Part shown: in pieces, positions 10,038 to 23,600 of the stretch
Position numbering within the stretch: position 1 is the stretch's first letter
How the letters are laid out: every line of letters begins with the position of its first letter
Source: Cycas panzhihuaensis
Lineage: Eukaryota > Plantae > Cycadophyta
Direction of reading: 5' to 3'
Length of the DNA: 64,000 bases
NCBI GenBank assembly: GCA_023213395.1
Contig: CM041465.1
Span: 88,791,741 to 88,855,740 of the forward strand
The notes under the pieces: model-generated
Seen by the model: the letters and a program-made list of their open reading frames with translations, nothing else
What the model was told of the DNA's origin: nothing
Databases searched by the model: none
Program-made: the position numbers and the translations under genes

Positions 10038-13000
10038 TACTTCTTGTTGATAGCTTTCATCGGGTTAGAACACAACCTACTTTAATTGGTGTAGCACATG
10101 GATTGCATTCCTCCATTTTGAACCTCTTAGCAAATTTTAGCATATTTGGATTGTGAGATGAAAGATCCCACTTTTGCTTGATCAACTTCTATACCAAGAT
10201 AATAGTGAAGCGCTACCAAGTCGCTTATTTCAAATTTTCTTTTCATATGTCCTTTTATCGATGATAGTTTCTTGATCATTATTTGTGATAGTCGTCGTAG
10301 GAATCAAATCTTCTTGCCTTTTAATATAAAGGCTTGTATCTCGCTCACATCTATGAAAACCTCCTTGTTGTACATGATGATCCAACTTGGCATACCAAGC
10401 TCTAAGTGCTTACTTTAGGCCATATAGTGCCTTTTTTCAACTTGCAAAGTAGATGTTCTTCTCCTCCTTTTATGTATCTAGGTGGTTGTTCCATATAAAC
10501 TTCTTCATTAAGATCACCATTCATAAAGGCACTTTTCACATCAATTTGCACAGTCTTCTATTTGTATTGAGCTGCCAAAGCTATAACAGTGCAAACGATT
10601 ATGAGCTTTGCTACAAGAGCAAATGTCTCTTCATAGTCTGCATGTTGTCCGGTATATCCTTTAGCTACAAGCTGCTTTATGCTTTTCAATGTTTCCATCA
10701 GGTTTTTCTTTTATTTAGTATACCCATTTGCAACCTACAATGGGTTTATCCTTTGGAGGAGAAACTAGATCCCAAGTGTTATTTTCATTTATGGACTTCA
10801 TTTCCTTGTCCATAGCTTCTTGTCATTCTGCTTTTTTCACAGTGCCTCTTTGAAATTTTGAGGCTCAATTGAACAAACCAAGGCTTGATGCTTTTGAGAT
10901 CAAGTTCTGTGTTTGAACACATCTCCCCTCAATTCTTCAAGAGTTTTAGATACCATTTAGGTAATCTTTTCTTTGAAATATTTTCCTACCCTTCTTTTTC
11001 AATCAATGTTTCTGACTCTTATTGAGAAGTCGATTCTTCTGTATCTTCTTCAGAGGTTGACTCTTCCTCGCCTCGACTATCAATAGATTCTACGCTCTCT
11101 TCTATTATTATGCCCTTTGAGAATAAGCAGATCTTTACTTGTTGAAATACATTCATCAAAGGTCACATCTCCGCTACATACATTTTCTTTGTTTTACATC
11201 TATACAAAGAATAGGCTTTAGATTTTGTATTATATCTAACCATAACACATTCAATGATTTTATCATCTAATTTTGTTCTTTTCTAAGTTGGAAGATGTAC
11301 ATAGGTTGCACATCCAAAAGTTCTTAGATAACTTACATCCGGTTTTGTGCCCGTAAGCTTCCTCTAGAATGATCTTGTCGATCGCTTTGTGGGACATCTA
11401 TTTATTAAATAGACAACAAGATTGACGACTTTAGCCCAATATACGCTTGATACATTTTTCTCCTTTATCATGCATCGTGCCATCTCTCGTAACCTCCTAT
11501 TCGCCTTTTCGCCTACTCCATTTGACCGTGGTGTGTATGAAGTAGCAATTTGCCTATGAATGCCATGAGTTTTGTAAAATTTGAAAACTCATTCAAGCAT
11601 ATTCTCCACTTCCGCTCACTCTAAGCATCTTTATTTTGTGCTCGTCAATTCTACTTGAGCCTTGAATTTTTAAAGCAATCAAGAGCTTTAAATTTACTAA
11701 AAATATAGTAAACCCAAGCTTTTTCGATAAAGTCATCTATAAAAGTGAGAAAATACCTAGCACCATTTACAAAGTTGGGTGTAACAGATCCACATATGTC
11801 ACTGTGAATCAATTCTAATTTCTTTCACTCTCCAATTGCTTTCTCGAAATGGCATTCTATGTTGTTTCCTAGCATACAACTTTTACAAACAGAGGAATTT
11901 ATTGTAAACTTAGCGCATAAACCCATCAACCATCTTAAAATTTTTTGCAACTTTATTTTATCATCAACAATATGCCTGGAGCGAGAATGCCAAATTTCAA
12001 TATCATTATTTTGAACAACAAGAACTTTTACAAATGAGATAACAGGAGTAGAAACCAACTTATAAAGATTGTCAGCTTCTATCCCTTAGAATGACTTGAC
12101 CTCCTTTTCATATCCAGAATATAGCATTTTCCATTTTCATGAAAAATCACTCGGAGTTTCTTCTTTCTTAATTGTGACACCGAAAGAAGATTCTTCTTTA
12201 AGCCTAGCACAAACAACACATTTCTATTTTTTTTAATTTCTTACCTGATCCGATTGATATGGTTTCTCTGCCTTTAATTTCCAAAGAGTGACTATCACCC
12301 AATTTCATAGTCTTGCTTGTCAGGTATGGTTGCAGGGATTCAAACCGCCTTTTTTCTACCGCTATATGATTTGAGACGCCACAAATAACAAACCAATTCT
12401 CACTATGTCGAATGGATGATACTAAGGCAAAGAACGGCGCGCCTCTTCTTTATCTTCATTTTTAATTGTTCTTTGTTGTAATTGCCTTCAACCCATTTAC
12501 CCTTGAAATGCCGATCTTTGTAGAAACAAGCATTTGAGAGGTGTCCATACTTGGTGGCTCTCTATTGTTCTACATTTTGCTACGATGTGACTAGCTCTTC
12601 CACAATGATAGCATACTCGAGTATCAGGCAATCTACCTCTTTCCTGTTCCTTTGAAGAATCTTCCTCTACTGGTTCTTGTTTTAATTGATCTACCCCTTG
12701 CACTTCATCCTCCTCGTTCACTGATTCTAAGCGTTGAGATAAAGGCTTCCTCAACATCTGCTTCCTCTTCATACTTATAGTTCTTTGTTCCTGTTAAGGT
12801 AAATGGCCACACAGGGTATCGAAAAGCATATTTTGGGCTTATCCCCCTATAGTAAGAGTATTTACCAAATTACCAAAGGATTTTGGCAATTTACTGAGTA
12901 CCAGACAATCAACTTTAGCATCTGACATAGGTTTTCCAGCAAAGGCTAGACTATCTCCGATTTTCAACAATTTGGTGATGAAATCAATAACCTATTTGCC

Positions 13001-13349
13001 CTCCCATAAATGTAGCTGGTAAAGCTATTCTTTTAAGGAAATAATATGGGCTTCGTTTTTTTGGCTAAATATGGAAGCTAGGGCTTTCTATGCTTCGACA
13101 GAGGTAGAGGCTTCGCTAATGCAAGTCAAAATTGAGTCACTAATGGAAAGGGTGACTATTGCTAAAGCTTACCCGTCCTTTCTTTCCGCCTAATTTTTGT
13201 TGTATCCCTTGTGGTTGGTTTTGCTTCTTTTCCAGTGACTATTTCCCATGTATTTTTTGCAATTAGGAGTCCCTTCATTTTAATTTTCCATGCAAAGATA
13301 GTTTAAGTCTCACCTTATCTAACTCACCCAATGAATAGATTGAAACCAT
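10038..13349 (-). pseudogene. Copia A gag-pol (gag, zinc knuckle, PR, GAG-pre-integrase, INT, RT)
   Basis: AWKIKMKGLL; CYHCGRASHIVAKC; IWHSRSRH; LIHSDICG; YFLTFIDDF; KALYGLK..RAWY. Many stops and frameshifts. Confidence 0.92.
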
Positions 13350-14048
13350 TTTGAAATTTTAGAAGACAAGAATAGTGTCTAGACCTTTTTGAATGGTTGT
13401 TACAAATCTAGTCCGTACAGTCATATGCATGTACTATCAAAAGTACAAATGTATGAAATACAATGAAACTCCCTCAAATCATAGATAACTAGGTCATACA
13501 CATGGATCTCGAAATCGCTTTACAAATGGAGTTCCGCATAAGTAGAAAATGGCTTTAAAAGCAAAGGGGTGGTTAGGGTTTAAACTACGATTTTGCTTAT
13601 AACTTACAAAATCTTGAACCAAATCTTGCAAACTCATATTCAATAGAAACCTTCTAACAAAAGGAATGTTCTGACTACACTTACATGACCTAAGACTAAA
13701 AAATCTAAAAGAAATCTACTTTGCAAGCTTTAAATTTGCATGGTTGTTTTCCTCTATTTTCCCACTTAACAAAGTCAATATGCAAAAGTGTTTTTGGAAT
13801 AGCAAACTCTACTCGATGAGAAGTCCTTGCCGATAAATTTTTGTCTCAATATGAGCACTTCAAAAATTTGTTCGTACAAACCTTTATGGATCTGTACAAC
13901 GTCATATGATTTCGACTGGTACTTGATCTCATTCTTCCTTCTTTAGATTTTTGTCTTCTGGCTTCCTCACTTGATTTAATCTTCTTATGCCTTCTCAATC
14001 TGATCTTATTTTGCCCTAACTCAGTCTATGAGACCTACTCTGATACCA

Positions 14049-14278
14049 TGATAGAAAATGAACTAAACAGAATTGAAGAGAATGAAACCGAATTCTTCAT
14101 TGATTTGATATGAGAGATGTACTCTCTTATATACAAGTATTTTACATAATCAATACATACATAAACGACAAGTGTCAATATGAGTGACAAGTTTCCATAG
14201 AATACAAAGAGGGGACCATGACATCTAAGCCTTAATTTACACAAAGTTTCCTTAGGATAAAACATTAATATTCTAACA
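14049..14278 (-). repeat. 5' LTR of Copia A
   Basis: Adjacent to PBS 14038-14048. Confidence 0.92.
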
Positions 14279-15358
14279 GAAACTATCACATATAACCACT
14301 TGAAATGATTGTCTCTAAACCAAGATTCCAATAGTTCAGACAAAATCAAATGTTGACACTTATCACAGAAATTATTGTGAAAAATGCATAGGTACGCCCT
14401 TTGAAAAATGAAACTAGAAAAAAAAATATTAAGCCTTAAGCCCCTTTTTTCTCCTCAGCCTTGGTCAAATACGCCTCTTCACAGGACTGGCTATATGCCC
14501 TAAGCTCTTTTCCCTTCATTCGTGCTTTTTTTCCCTTCCTTCATATGGCCACTTGGTGTCTGCCTATGGGGATTATCACAGGTGATGAGTGCCCATTTAT
14601 CACAATAGCTCTGTGCTACCAAGGAGCTCCACACAAGCTTGGGGTTTCTCACAGACCCCTAATTCCGTCGTCATCTCAAACAAATGATACGTTGTAGATC
14701 ATCCTCGAATGAATAATACGTCATAGATCATCTCAAATGAATACTTCATCCTCTACTCTCTCCCGTGGATGAATTTCCTAAATGAACAATTCTCCACTCT
14801 TCAGTTTCCTTTGGGAATGAATGATGATCACAATGAATCGATTTCTACTCTAGCGAGCTCTAGCATGCCAATCACCTCTGCCTCTCTCATGGTCTTTGAC
14901 AATTAGCACTACCTTCAACAACACATTGTCATTCATCTCATTTCCCTAGTGACTTGACTATCCCTAATCGCAAAACCTCCACCATTGGAACCAATGAATA
15001 GCCTACCCACGACCTTCACACATTGAACTGTCGGTAGCGAACCACAAACTATGAATTTTGCTTCTGATCAATACAACGACCATGATAAAAAATAACCTAA
15101 GCAACCAACAACTCAATAGGATGACTTAAAACACCTTGACGCTAAACGAACCATGGCATGGGTTGAGTAAAACCACGAACAATAGGTGAAAGTCCCATCT
15201 TAATGTTAATTCTGTCCACTATAATGTATCGATCCCACACTGATATCTCTGTGCAATATAATGCAATTATCTCCTAATGATTTATCTCAACGCTGACAAT
15301 GGGTAGCGATTATCGATTAATCTTCTTCTCTTAGATTTTGCCTAACTTTGATACCAGT

Positions 15359-15927
15359 TGTAGTGGGCCCAATTCTCAAACCGCAAATAGAGATAGTATC
15401 TCCAGCAAATAATAATAATATTCACAGAGATTCACCACAAATTTCATGCATTTAACAATACTAATTCTCCACAGAGGTAATATTTCCAACAAATAACATA
15501 TATTTATAGCACATAATTCTTCATAAAATATCACTCAATAGGCATAGTTCAACTATCCATGTAATATTGATAAATAACAAAAGAAAATGAAATGATAATA
15601 AATTAATAGCAGAACCTGATGTAATATCCAGTAGTTGTAGCCCTATTTGAGTGAGAGCAATCCTCCAATTTGGCACGGATGTGCCCTAATGGTACGAGAC
15701 CATTATCCCAAGTACAATAAATCCTCCCAAAATGTTTTACAAATGATCAAGGTTGTTCTATTTGTAGTCTTTATTTTCTCTCCAAAAACCAACTCCTAAT
15801 TCTCTCTCCAAAAGCCCGATTTCATAATAAAATATATTAATTGACTCTCTTTAATCCTCTTAAAAACTAACTTCATAATAATATAGAAAACCAACTTTCT
15901 TCTATATTTTCTTTGGGAACGCTTACA
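15359..15927 (-). repeat. 5' LTR of N2
   Basis: Adjacent to PBS; ~35 nt longer than the 3' LTR in the AAAACCAACT subrepeat region. Confidence 0.9.
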
Positions 15928-15932
15928 TATAT

Positions 15933-16680
15933 CAATTCTGAACAACAAGGAGGGATGTCGAAAGAGATGGGTAGTCACTTGCTCAATCTATTGTGTCATG
16001 TTTATGGCCAAAAACTCTGACCAATTTAATTGTACCCCATCACGGATTTGAGGTAGTACTGGCATCATACCTCTTGGAATATATATATATATATATATTT
16101 GCTTGGATAGAAATCGAGTAACTATCACTTTGGCCACCCATTAAAGTCTCGTGATCTCGTATGTCAATAACCTAGATTCCTCCCAAGAATATATGTGTTT
16201 TCTTTGCATAACTCTCGAGCCAAGTCTCGTGGTCCACCTTCACCATTTCATGGAAGTTGGGACATTCCCTCCTTGGGAAGTCCAGTAATGGTATGAATAA
16301 TATCAACATCCAACTAAATTCATTTGATATTCTTCTTCAATTCCATCAAGATGCTCTTCATCAAGTCTTTGTCCTAATACAATGGAGCCACATGAATATA
16401 CTCTCACCATCCTACCTGTTTGACCTTAGTTTTGAATGCAATTGGAAATCCATCAAATTCTACTTTCAAGTTAGGCAAATAATTTTCTTGGCATCCTACA
16501 ATCTTCATTTTGGTCACTAATGGAAAAATAGGAAGTAGTACTTATGACTAACAAGAGGAATAAGTAGGGTTTTTGCACTTCAAACCTTAATATGTTTTGT
16601 GCATTTGTTGGAAGAACATATGGTTGTTTTGTCATAGAAATTGCTATTATTGCCACTGGAACGCGCTCTTCGATTGACAC
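15933..16680 (-). pseudogene. N-terminal part of extra sense ORF downstream of Athila-like pol (PMD/plant-transposon-protein-like)
   Basis: KVKQVGW.EYIHVAPLY.DKDLMKSIL...LDVDIIHTITGLPKEG; the I..ITGLP..G motif resembles PMD-type ORFs. Confidence 0.45.
16079..16098. repeat. (AT)10 microsatellite
   Basis: Seen directly. Confidence 0.9.
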
Positions 16681-17204
16681 TTGTCGCTTTAGAACTTGAT
16701 CTCGTTGAAATGAGGTTTAATTTTGGTGATTTGGCACTTATTGCTACTCATTTTCATTGTGTTCTGCATCGGATTGTTTATAGGAACGTATAGTTGTTTC
16801 TATTACTTTGCGTTCCTCTGTTATGTGTGTTCCTGATATAGTTCCTTTATGGAATGTATAGTGTATTTTGGAGGAACGTATACTTAAAATCTATCTTTTT
16901 TGGTAATTTTTTTAGTGATGATTCATTCTATCTTGAATTTCTTATTTTTTCTTTATGTATTTATTTTCATCATCATTTATCTTCTTTCTTTTTCTTTTCT
17001 AATTATTATTTTTCCATTTTGTATATTGTCATATTGCTTCAAAGGTATGATAGGAGTTATAGTGATTTTTTCATTTTTATTTTTGTATTTTTTCATTTTA
17101 CGCACTGATCGAATCACATTCGACATCGAGACAACCTTGATTGTCTCTAGTGTTAAGCAACACGATGATACAACCAATGATTCCCTTGATGAACTTGGTG
17201 TACC

Positions 17205-18350
17205 CTAGTTGTGATAGTGTTTCAACCGACTACCATTGACCAACGCTGGCAACTATGGTCCATCAATCTTTCTCAACAGAATCGCCATTATCAAAATTTT
17301 CTCGTGATTGATGGCCCTAACCACCACATCTTCAATTTTTGCATGCATACAAAATTTGCTATCGTATCACGTAACATGCTCTCCTTCCCAGAACTAAGGT
17401 GTTTTCAGATGGTGATTGTACCATGCTTTGTGCCTCATTTTTTCAATGTTTTACAACCATTTTGCCCTGTGTCTTGTTTCTTCAAGATGCAATAACTGTC
17501 GTAGTCGCCTTGAAGTCGCCTAGTCGACAAGCCATGGTAACTCTTAGTGTTAGGTATCGCAAACTCAATTGGGAGAATGGCCCCATTCGTACACCAACCG
17601 GAATGGTGTCTATTTGGTTGTCCTTTGAATGTGGTTATGAAAGCCCAAAGGACTAATGGTAGTTTTTCTACCCAATCAATTTTACCAACATCATATATTT
17701 TCTTAAGGCAATTCCCAATGATTTTATTTGAGCTTTCTTGTCCATTCGTCAGAATAGTAGGATGTCAATTTTTGATGGATGATCGCAAATTTTGATGTTA
17801 ATGTTTCCATCACTTGATTCAGAAAATGTGCACCTTGATCATTTACAATCTCCAATGGACCACCACAACATGTGATGAGTACTTAGTATAAGAATCTGGT
17901 CGTGCTTTCTAAACCTACTTTCCTTAATGGTCTTGCTTCCACCCCCTTGGTCATGTAATCCATGACCATGAGAATGTATCAAGCCTAAGATCGTCAGGTT
18001 GCCAATTTGATAGGCCCAACGAAATCAAGGCCCCATTTCTAACAATGACAATGGTAGGATTGGGTTGAGAAGCCGAAAGTCTTGACAATTTGGCTCCTCT
18101 ACCCACTGGTAGTAGTTAAACATTTTGATCCAATTCTTAATATCCTCAAACATTGTAGGCCACCAAAATCTCGTTGAAAGTATTTTTCACCATGTCGCCA
18201 TCGTTCCCATATGACCTCATGCCACACCTTCATGTGTCGACTCATGATTTGTTTGATTTGTGCGCTTAACACAACAAGGAAGTATTTCATCGTACAAGAC
18301 AATACAATCCCCCTTGGATCAACTGCCATGGCTCTACCTTTCAGACAAAA
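17205..18350 (-). pseudogene. Athila/Tat-type integrase
   Basis: FWWPTMFED, KWGLDFVGPI, MDYMTKGVEARPL, VNDQGAHF, NGQESSNK, ending LVNGSRLKHYHN*. Confidence 0.85.
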
Positions 18351-19867
18351 TGATGAGTATTTATGTATAGTCTTAGTGTTATATTCATAATACTCTTTAA
18401 GTATCATTTTAAAAGATACTTAAGGAACTTAATTAGTAATTAGGTACACATGTGACACATGTTCTGCATGGAACACACGTGTCCTACCTATAACCAACTC
18501 AAGCTTGTATAAATACGTAAGTCATTTCTTCAAGAAATCAATGAAGAGAGAAGTTCTTCTTTCCTTCTCCTATTCTAGTATTCTTGCGCATGCTAAGGCC
18601 TGAAGATGCTCGAATCTAAATTCATACCAATTGGTATCAGAGCCTAATTGGTCTCTAGGGATCTTAGCATTAATATTTCTCTCTCTTCATTCACTCCTCC
18701 TTTAACTTTTGTTTAACTTCTTCTTCTTGACCTATTCTTTTCATCAGCCATAAAGGTTAAGGAAAGTTATCGCAACTCCTTTACTTCTTTATTTATTTCC
18801 ACGGAGACTCAAACCCTAGTTGACCGACATCCTGTCCAACATATTTGGAGATAGCCACATTGTGGATGGTGTGAAGGCAGTTTGAAGACACACCTGCTAT
18901 GAATGGCACTCGAGTTGGTCACAGCAAGAGGAAGTCACAAAAGTCAACTTCAACTTTTGATTGGTCGAAGTGCAGGGTCAACTCCTTCAATTCAATATGG
19001 AATTTCAAGTATGCCTATTGCTAAAAAAACCTATTCAAGTAAGGATAACATCTCTGCTAACTCTGAGGCATATTACTCAAAGATCAAGGATCTGTATGCA
19101 TTCAAGGAGATACAATAGCCCCAAGGTATCATCCTTCAGTGATAGTGAAGAAGCACCTAGCAATCCAAAAGCAGATGCCATGTTCATCCCAAGGGAGAAT
19201 CCAAGGGCACTTATTATTCGACAGCTCGATCAATCTCCTTTGATCCCTAATGCATAGAAACAAGCATCAAACATGAAGGAAATGGCAATACCTGTTCATG
19301 ATAATGCAAAGAAGGCAAATCGATATATGACCAAAGAGAGTACAGTAGCTCCAACCACCGATTTGCATCTTCACTAGCGATGGCAATTGCGGCCTACAAT
19401 ATCGTTATATCACGGAATGGTTTCCTTCATTGCTAATCGTTGTTGCATAGCTACTTGTTGCTCTACCATCCGGCAATTCGTGTTGGTCCTCTTGCATGTC
19501 TTTCGCATCAAGGACAAGACCACGAGATGTAAGAACAAGATCGCCATAACTAACAACAAAGAACAAGGATATCACCTTGCCTATGAAACAAGAAATGATT
19601 GATGCAAACACTAATCAACAAAGATAAAGGTCAAATACTACAACCAATCAAAGACATGCCATTGGCAATTAAAGGTGCTTCTCATGAAGCTCCTTCTCAT
19701 GAGTTACTTAATCGTAGACAACACTTGTTACATGGTCAATCACAAACTAAAATTGGTCTACATTTGGATCATGCTCGGCAGTTGTGTAAGCATCAATAGC
19801 AACCTCCGTATATCTTCAAACAACCTACTCAAGGACATGCATCCTTCAATATCATTCTAAGGCACAT

Positions 19868-19870
<3 letters not shown>
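18351..19870 (+). mobile_element. Truncated LTR element: 5' LTR (~18351-18629), PBS and gag-like remnant
   Basis: TATAAATA at ~18508; PBS TGGTATCAGAGC 18632-18643; Q/P-rich degenerate ORF follows; no 3' LTR seen. Confidence 0.6.
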
Positions 19871-19873
<3 letters not shown>

Positions 19874-19907
<34 letters not shown>

Positions 19908-19934
19908 TTTTGTATGCACACACACACACACACA
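19874..19934. repeat. (TG)14 and (CA)9 microsatellites facing each other
   Basis: Seen directly; ~14-nt spacer. Confidence 0.9.
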
Positions 19935-19991
19935 AAAGTGTTTTTATTTTTATTAACAAAGTTGTTTAATGTATCATTGCATATTTGTTTA

Positions 19992-20485
19992 AGGTGCATT
20001 CCTTACTAAGTTTGGCCAACTTAATACCCACCCTATGCCCGACATCAAATTGCAATATTAAGTATCTATTATGGACAACTTCAAAGTTCAGTACAAAGCA
20101 TTTATTCTGGGTTACTTTGGTCACTATTTTGGTCAACCTTTGGATGTAGGTTATGGCCACCTACATATAGGGCTTTTGGCCTCAATAGGATTATCGCTTT
20201 TGGATTCTAAACCATCATATTGTCACCCTAAGAAGTGGATTTTGGGAGGACAACTTGCCTCAAACGGTACCTTTTACTCTAATTATTTACTATAAGTTTT
20301 AGCATTATTTGTACAATTATTATCACGTTATTTCACTTGATATTGAGTTGGATTGATGTTATAAAGCAATGGGTGTCATAATTTCTTCTCAGTATTTTTT
20401 TTTATTGCTTGATTTCCTATGCAAACATCTTGTGTGTGTGAAAACTATCTATGGTTGAGGTGTAAATTCACTAAGAGTTCCCACA
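19992..20485 (+). repeat. 5' LTR of G1 (start approximate)
   Basis: Homologous to 29813-30193; ends CCACA just before the PBS. Confidence 0.8.
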
Positions 20486-20646
20486 AGTGGTATCAAAGCC
20501 TTATGATAAAGGTCTTGATCTGATAGCTATATGCCGCAAAACAACCGCCCAATAGCAAATTTCAAGAGTATCTTAGTGCAAAAGGGACCCAAAAATTTTT
20601 TCCCATAACAAGTTTAGGATCTGGGAAGGCACTTGCAACCAGCAAA

Positions 20647-23600
20647 ATGGTGAATCAACAGTTGGCATTAGTAGATGGCATGGCTCAAAGAATAGATACT
20701 TTAAACGATGAAATGGTTAATATACGAAATTATATATAAACTCAACTCAACAAAATGAGGGTAGAGATAAGGAACGATGTAGCAACTCAACTCAACAAAA
20801 TGAGGATAGAAATAGGACTTCAAAGCAACAGAGAGAAATTTGACTTCATATATAAATCCATACAAGGATAATGCCAAAAATTAGGTGGCCACATCGACGA
20901 CTCCAAACCCTCCAAAACGGAAAGGAGAAGACAAGCAAGGTAGACCCAACCATAGCCTCAAGGATTCCAAATTCCTTTTGGAAAAAATCAACCCAAAGAA
21001 ATCGAAGGGCATTTAGAGCTAGATAATCCAAATGGATATGTGCTTTCAAATGAATCTAGGAACAGAGGGGGACAAAGTCATTGCAACATCCCTTCAGTTA
21101 TGTAGGAAGGCACTTAATGATTCCACTAGTGGAATAATGAATATCAAGGGACGGCGCATTACAATTGGGACTTCCTAAAGACATCTCTAATAGAGCAATA
21201 CGAGAACACCTGGAACACGGACCATTTTGCCCAATCTATGTGATTACAATAGATTGGTTCAATGAAGGCCTACGCAAACCAATTTTAAAGCCTACAAAGC
21301 TTGGTCACCACTTAAGTCAAACCCAAACTACTATTGGAATCATACATTGTAGGGCATAAATGGACTATTAAGTTTTGCTTGAAAACATTAAGAGTTTAGA
21401 CCCTAAGAGAAACAATTTGCAAGGTAAGGAATATTGAAGCTAAATTCCAAGAAGCTGCTGTAGTTAGGTTCATCCTAATAAACCTCTTATATATCGTGGT
21501 CAAAGTAGTCAACCTAATCGGTGCCACCTGTAACGAAAAGTCAAGCCTGGAATTTCGAAGGAGAAGGAAAATGGACTAACTAGAAATAAACTATCCGAGG
21601 TTGAACATCTAAGAAGAGGGATGTGCTTTGATTGTAATGGGAAATGGAGCCGTGATCACAGGTGTCTAGCCAAAAAGGTATTTATGATCTGTAATGTAAG
21701 ACATGGATCTTCCGACACAAATGATTCTGCAAAAGAATAATTGCCAATCGATGATAAAGCAAAAATTAAGGAGTTACTTAATGAGGCCAATGCTGAAAAT
21801 GTACAAATATCATTGCAGGCCATTATAGGAGAGATCAACACCCCCCAAATGCTTTGATTCAAAGGGATGATCAAAATTGCAAAAATAGCGCTCTTGTGAA
21901 TAGTGGTGACACTCATAACTTCATCAATAGGCCTACAACAACTAAGTTAGGTCTTCAAAGGAAACCACTCAAGCAATTCCAAGTCACAATCGCTAACGGG
22001 AAAAGCATGCCATGTGGAGGGTTTTACATAAAGTGCACTTACAAATAGCATATTACTTCATCAATTCTAGCATGTTTTCTATGTCAATAAGAGTCATTAG
22101 CATAGTTCTTGGCATCCAATGGTCATAGAATCTCAAGAATATCATTACCAACTATAAGACACGCTTTAGGAGTTTCTTCCAAAAGGGACACAAGTATAAG
22201 TTGCAAGCACTAACCACACCACCAACACAACTAATAACATTGCACTAAACAGAGAAGCTATTAAAGAAAAATACAACCATGTATTTGATGACATGCTATA
22301 AAATTTCAATAGAGGACATCCCAGAGGAGATACAAAATCTCATCAACCAACACAATGAGGTTTTAAAGACCCACCTCAAGGGCTACCACCAAGCTAAAGG
22401 TGCAAGCATAACATCAATTTAGTACCGAGAGCCACACCGATAAATATCCAACCATATCAAAATCCATATCACTTCAAACGAGAGATCAAGCTTAATTACC
22501 CAAAAACTCTTGTAAAGAAGGGTACACTACCCCCAATTCTAACCCTTTTGCATCTTTAGTTATCTTAAGTCAAAAGAAGGATGGGTCATACCATATGTGG
22601 GTGGACTACATAGGACTCAATAAGTTGACAGTCAAGAATAGGTATCAAATTCCCAAAATAGATGACCTACTCAATGAGCTACATGAAGCTCAATATTTTT
22701 CTAAAATAGATCTATGTTCAGGATATTACCAAATCCATATTAAGGCAGAAAACGAATACAAGATAGCATTCTGAACCCACGAAGGGTTATTTCAATTCCA
22801 TGTCATGCCATTTGGCTTAACCAACGAGCACCATGAGCAATGTACTAAAACCCTTTTTACGCAAGTTTGTGTTGGTATTCTTTGATGACCTTCTGATTTA
22901 TAGCAAAATTTGGGAGGAGCATTTAGAGCATCTTAAAGTAGTACTACAAATATTGGAAAACAATTAGTTCTTTGGGAACAAAGTCAAATGTGCTTTTGGG
23001 AAAACGAAACATGAGTATCTTGGGCACATAATCACATAGGAGGGTGTCAAAATGGACCCCAAAAAGGTCCAAGCAATTATAGATTGACCCACACTAAAAA
23101 CATAATCTGGATAAGGAGCTTTTTAGAACTGCAAGTTTTCTACGCTATTTCACTAAAGGATATGCCAACATAGCAAAGACTATTAATCGATCTAACGAAG
23201 GAGGAGGCATCCACTTGAGCCAACCTCCCAGAGAACTTTCAAGGTTTGAAAGCAACAATGCCGATAGCCCCAATCCTCGCAAGACCAAATTTCAATTGCC
23301 CATCCGTTGAATGTGATGCTTCAAGAATAGGACGAGTTGTACTTCTCCAAGATGACTGGCCGTTAGTATATGAAAGTCATAAATTGAATACAAGGGAATG
23401 ACTAAAACCTATTTACGACAAAGAGATGCTAGCAATAATGCGTGCCATACACTAATGGCGACAATACCTACTAGGAAGCAAATTCATAGTCAAGACCAAT
23501 CACGACAATATCAAGTACTTCATAAATCAAAAAATATTGTCAAATGAACAACAAAAGTGGGTAAGTAAACTCTAGACATTTGATTTCAATATTGTTTACA

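Larger units (their letters stand above)
5072..14278 (-). mobile_element. Ty1/Copia element A (full-length, decayed)
   Basis: LTRs 5072-5299 and 14049-14278; PBS 14038-14048; PPT 5300-5310; TSD GAAAT/GAAAC; domain order gag-PR-INT-RT-RH. Confidence 0.93.
2813..15927 (-). mobile_element. Non-autonomous (RT-less) chromovirus-derived LTR element N2
   Basis: LTR pair 2813-3347 and 15359-15927; PBS TGGTATCAAAG (15346-15356 rc); PPT ~3350-3369; TSD TATGT/TATAT. Own internal region is only ~2.8 kb. Confidence 0.88.
1545..18350 (-). mobile_element. Non-chromoviral Ty3/Gypsy (Athila-like) remnant hosting nest 1; ends not resolved
   Basis: Minus-strand integrase at 17205-18350 plus a downstream ORF that rejoins across the N2 insertion (TSD TATGT/TATAT). 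Confidence 0.6.

Noticed and set aside
16854-17208. Hydrophobic F/I/L-rich ORFs resembling a membrane or Env protein
   Set aside because: Translation artefact of a T-rich spacer, antisense to the element.
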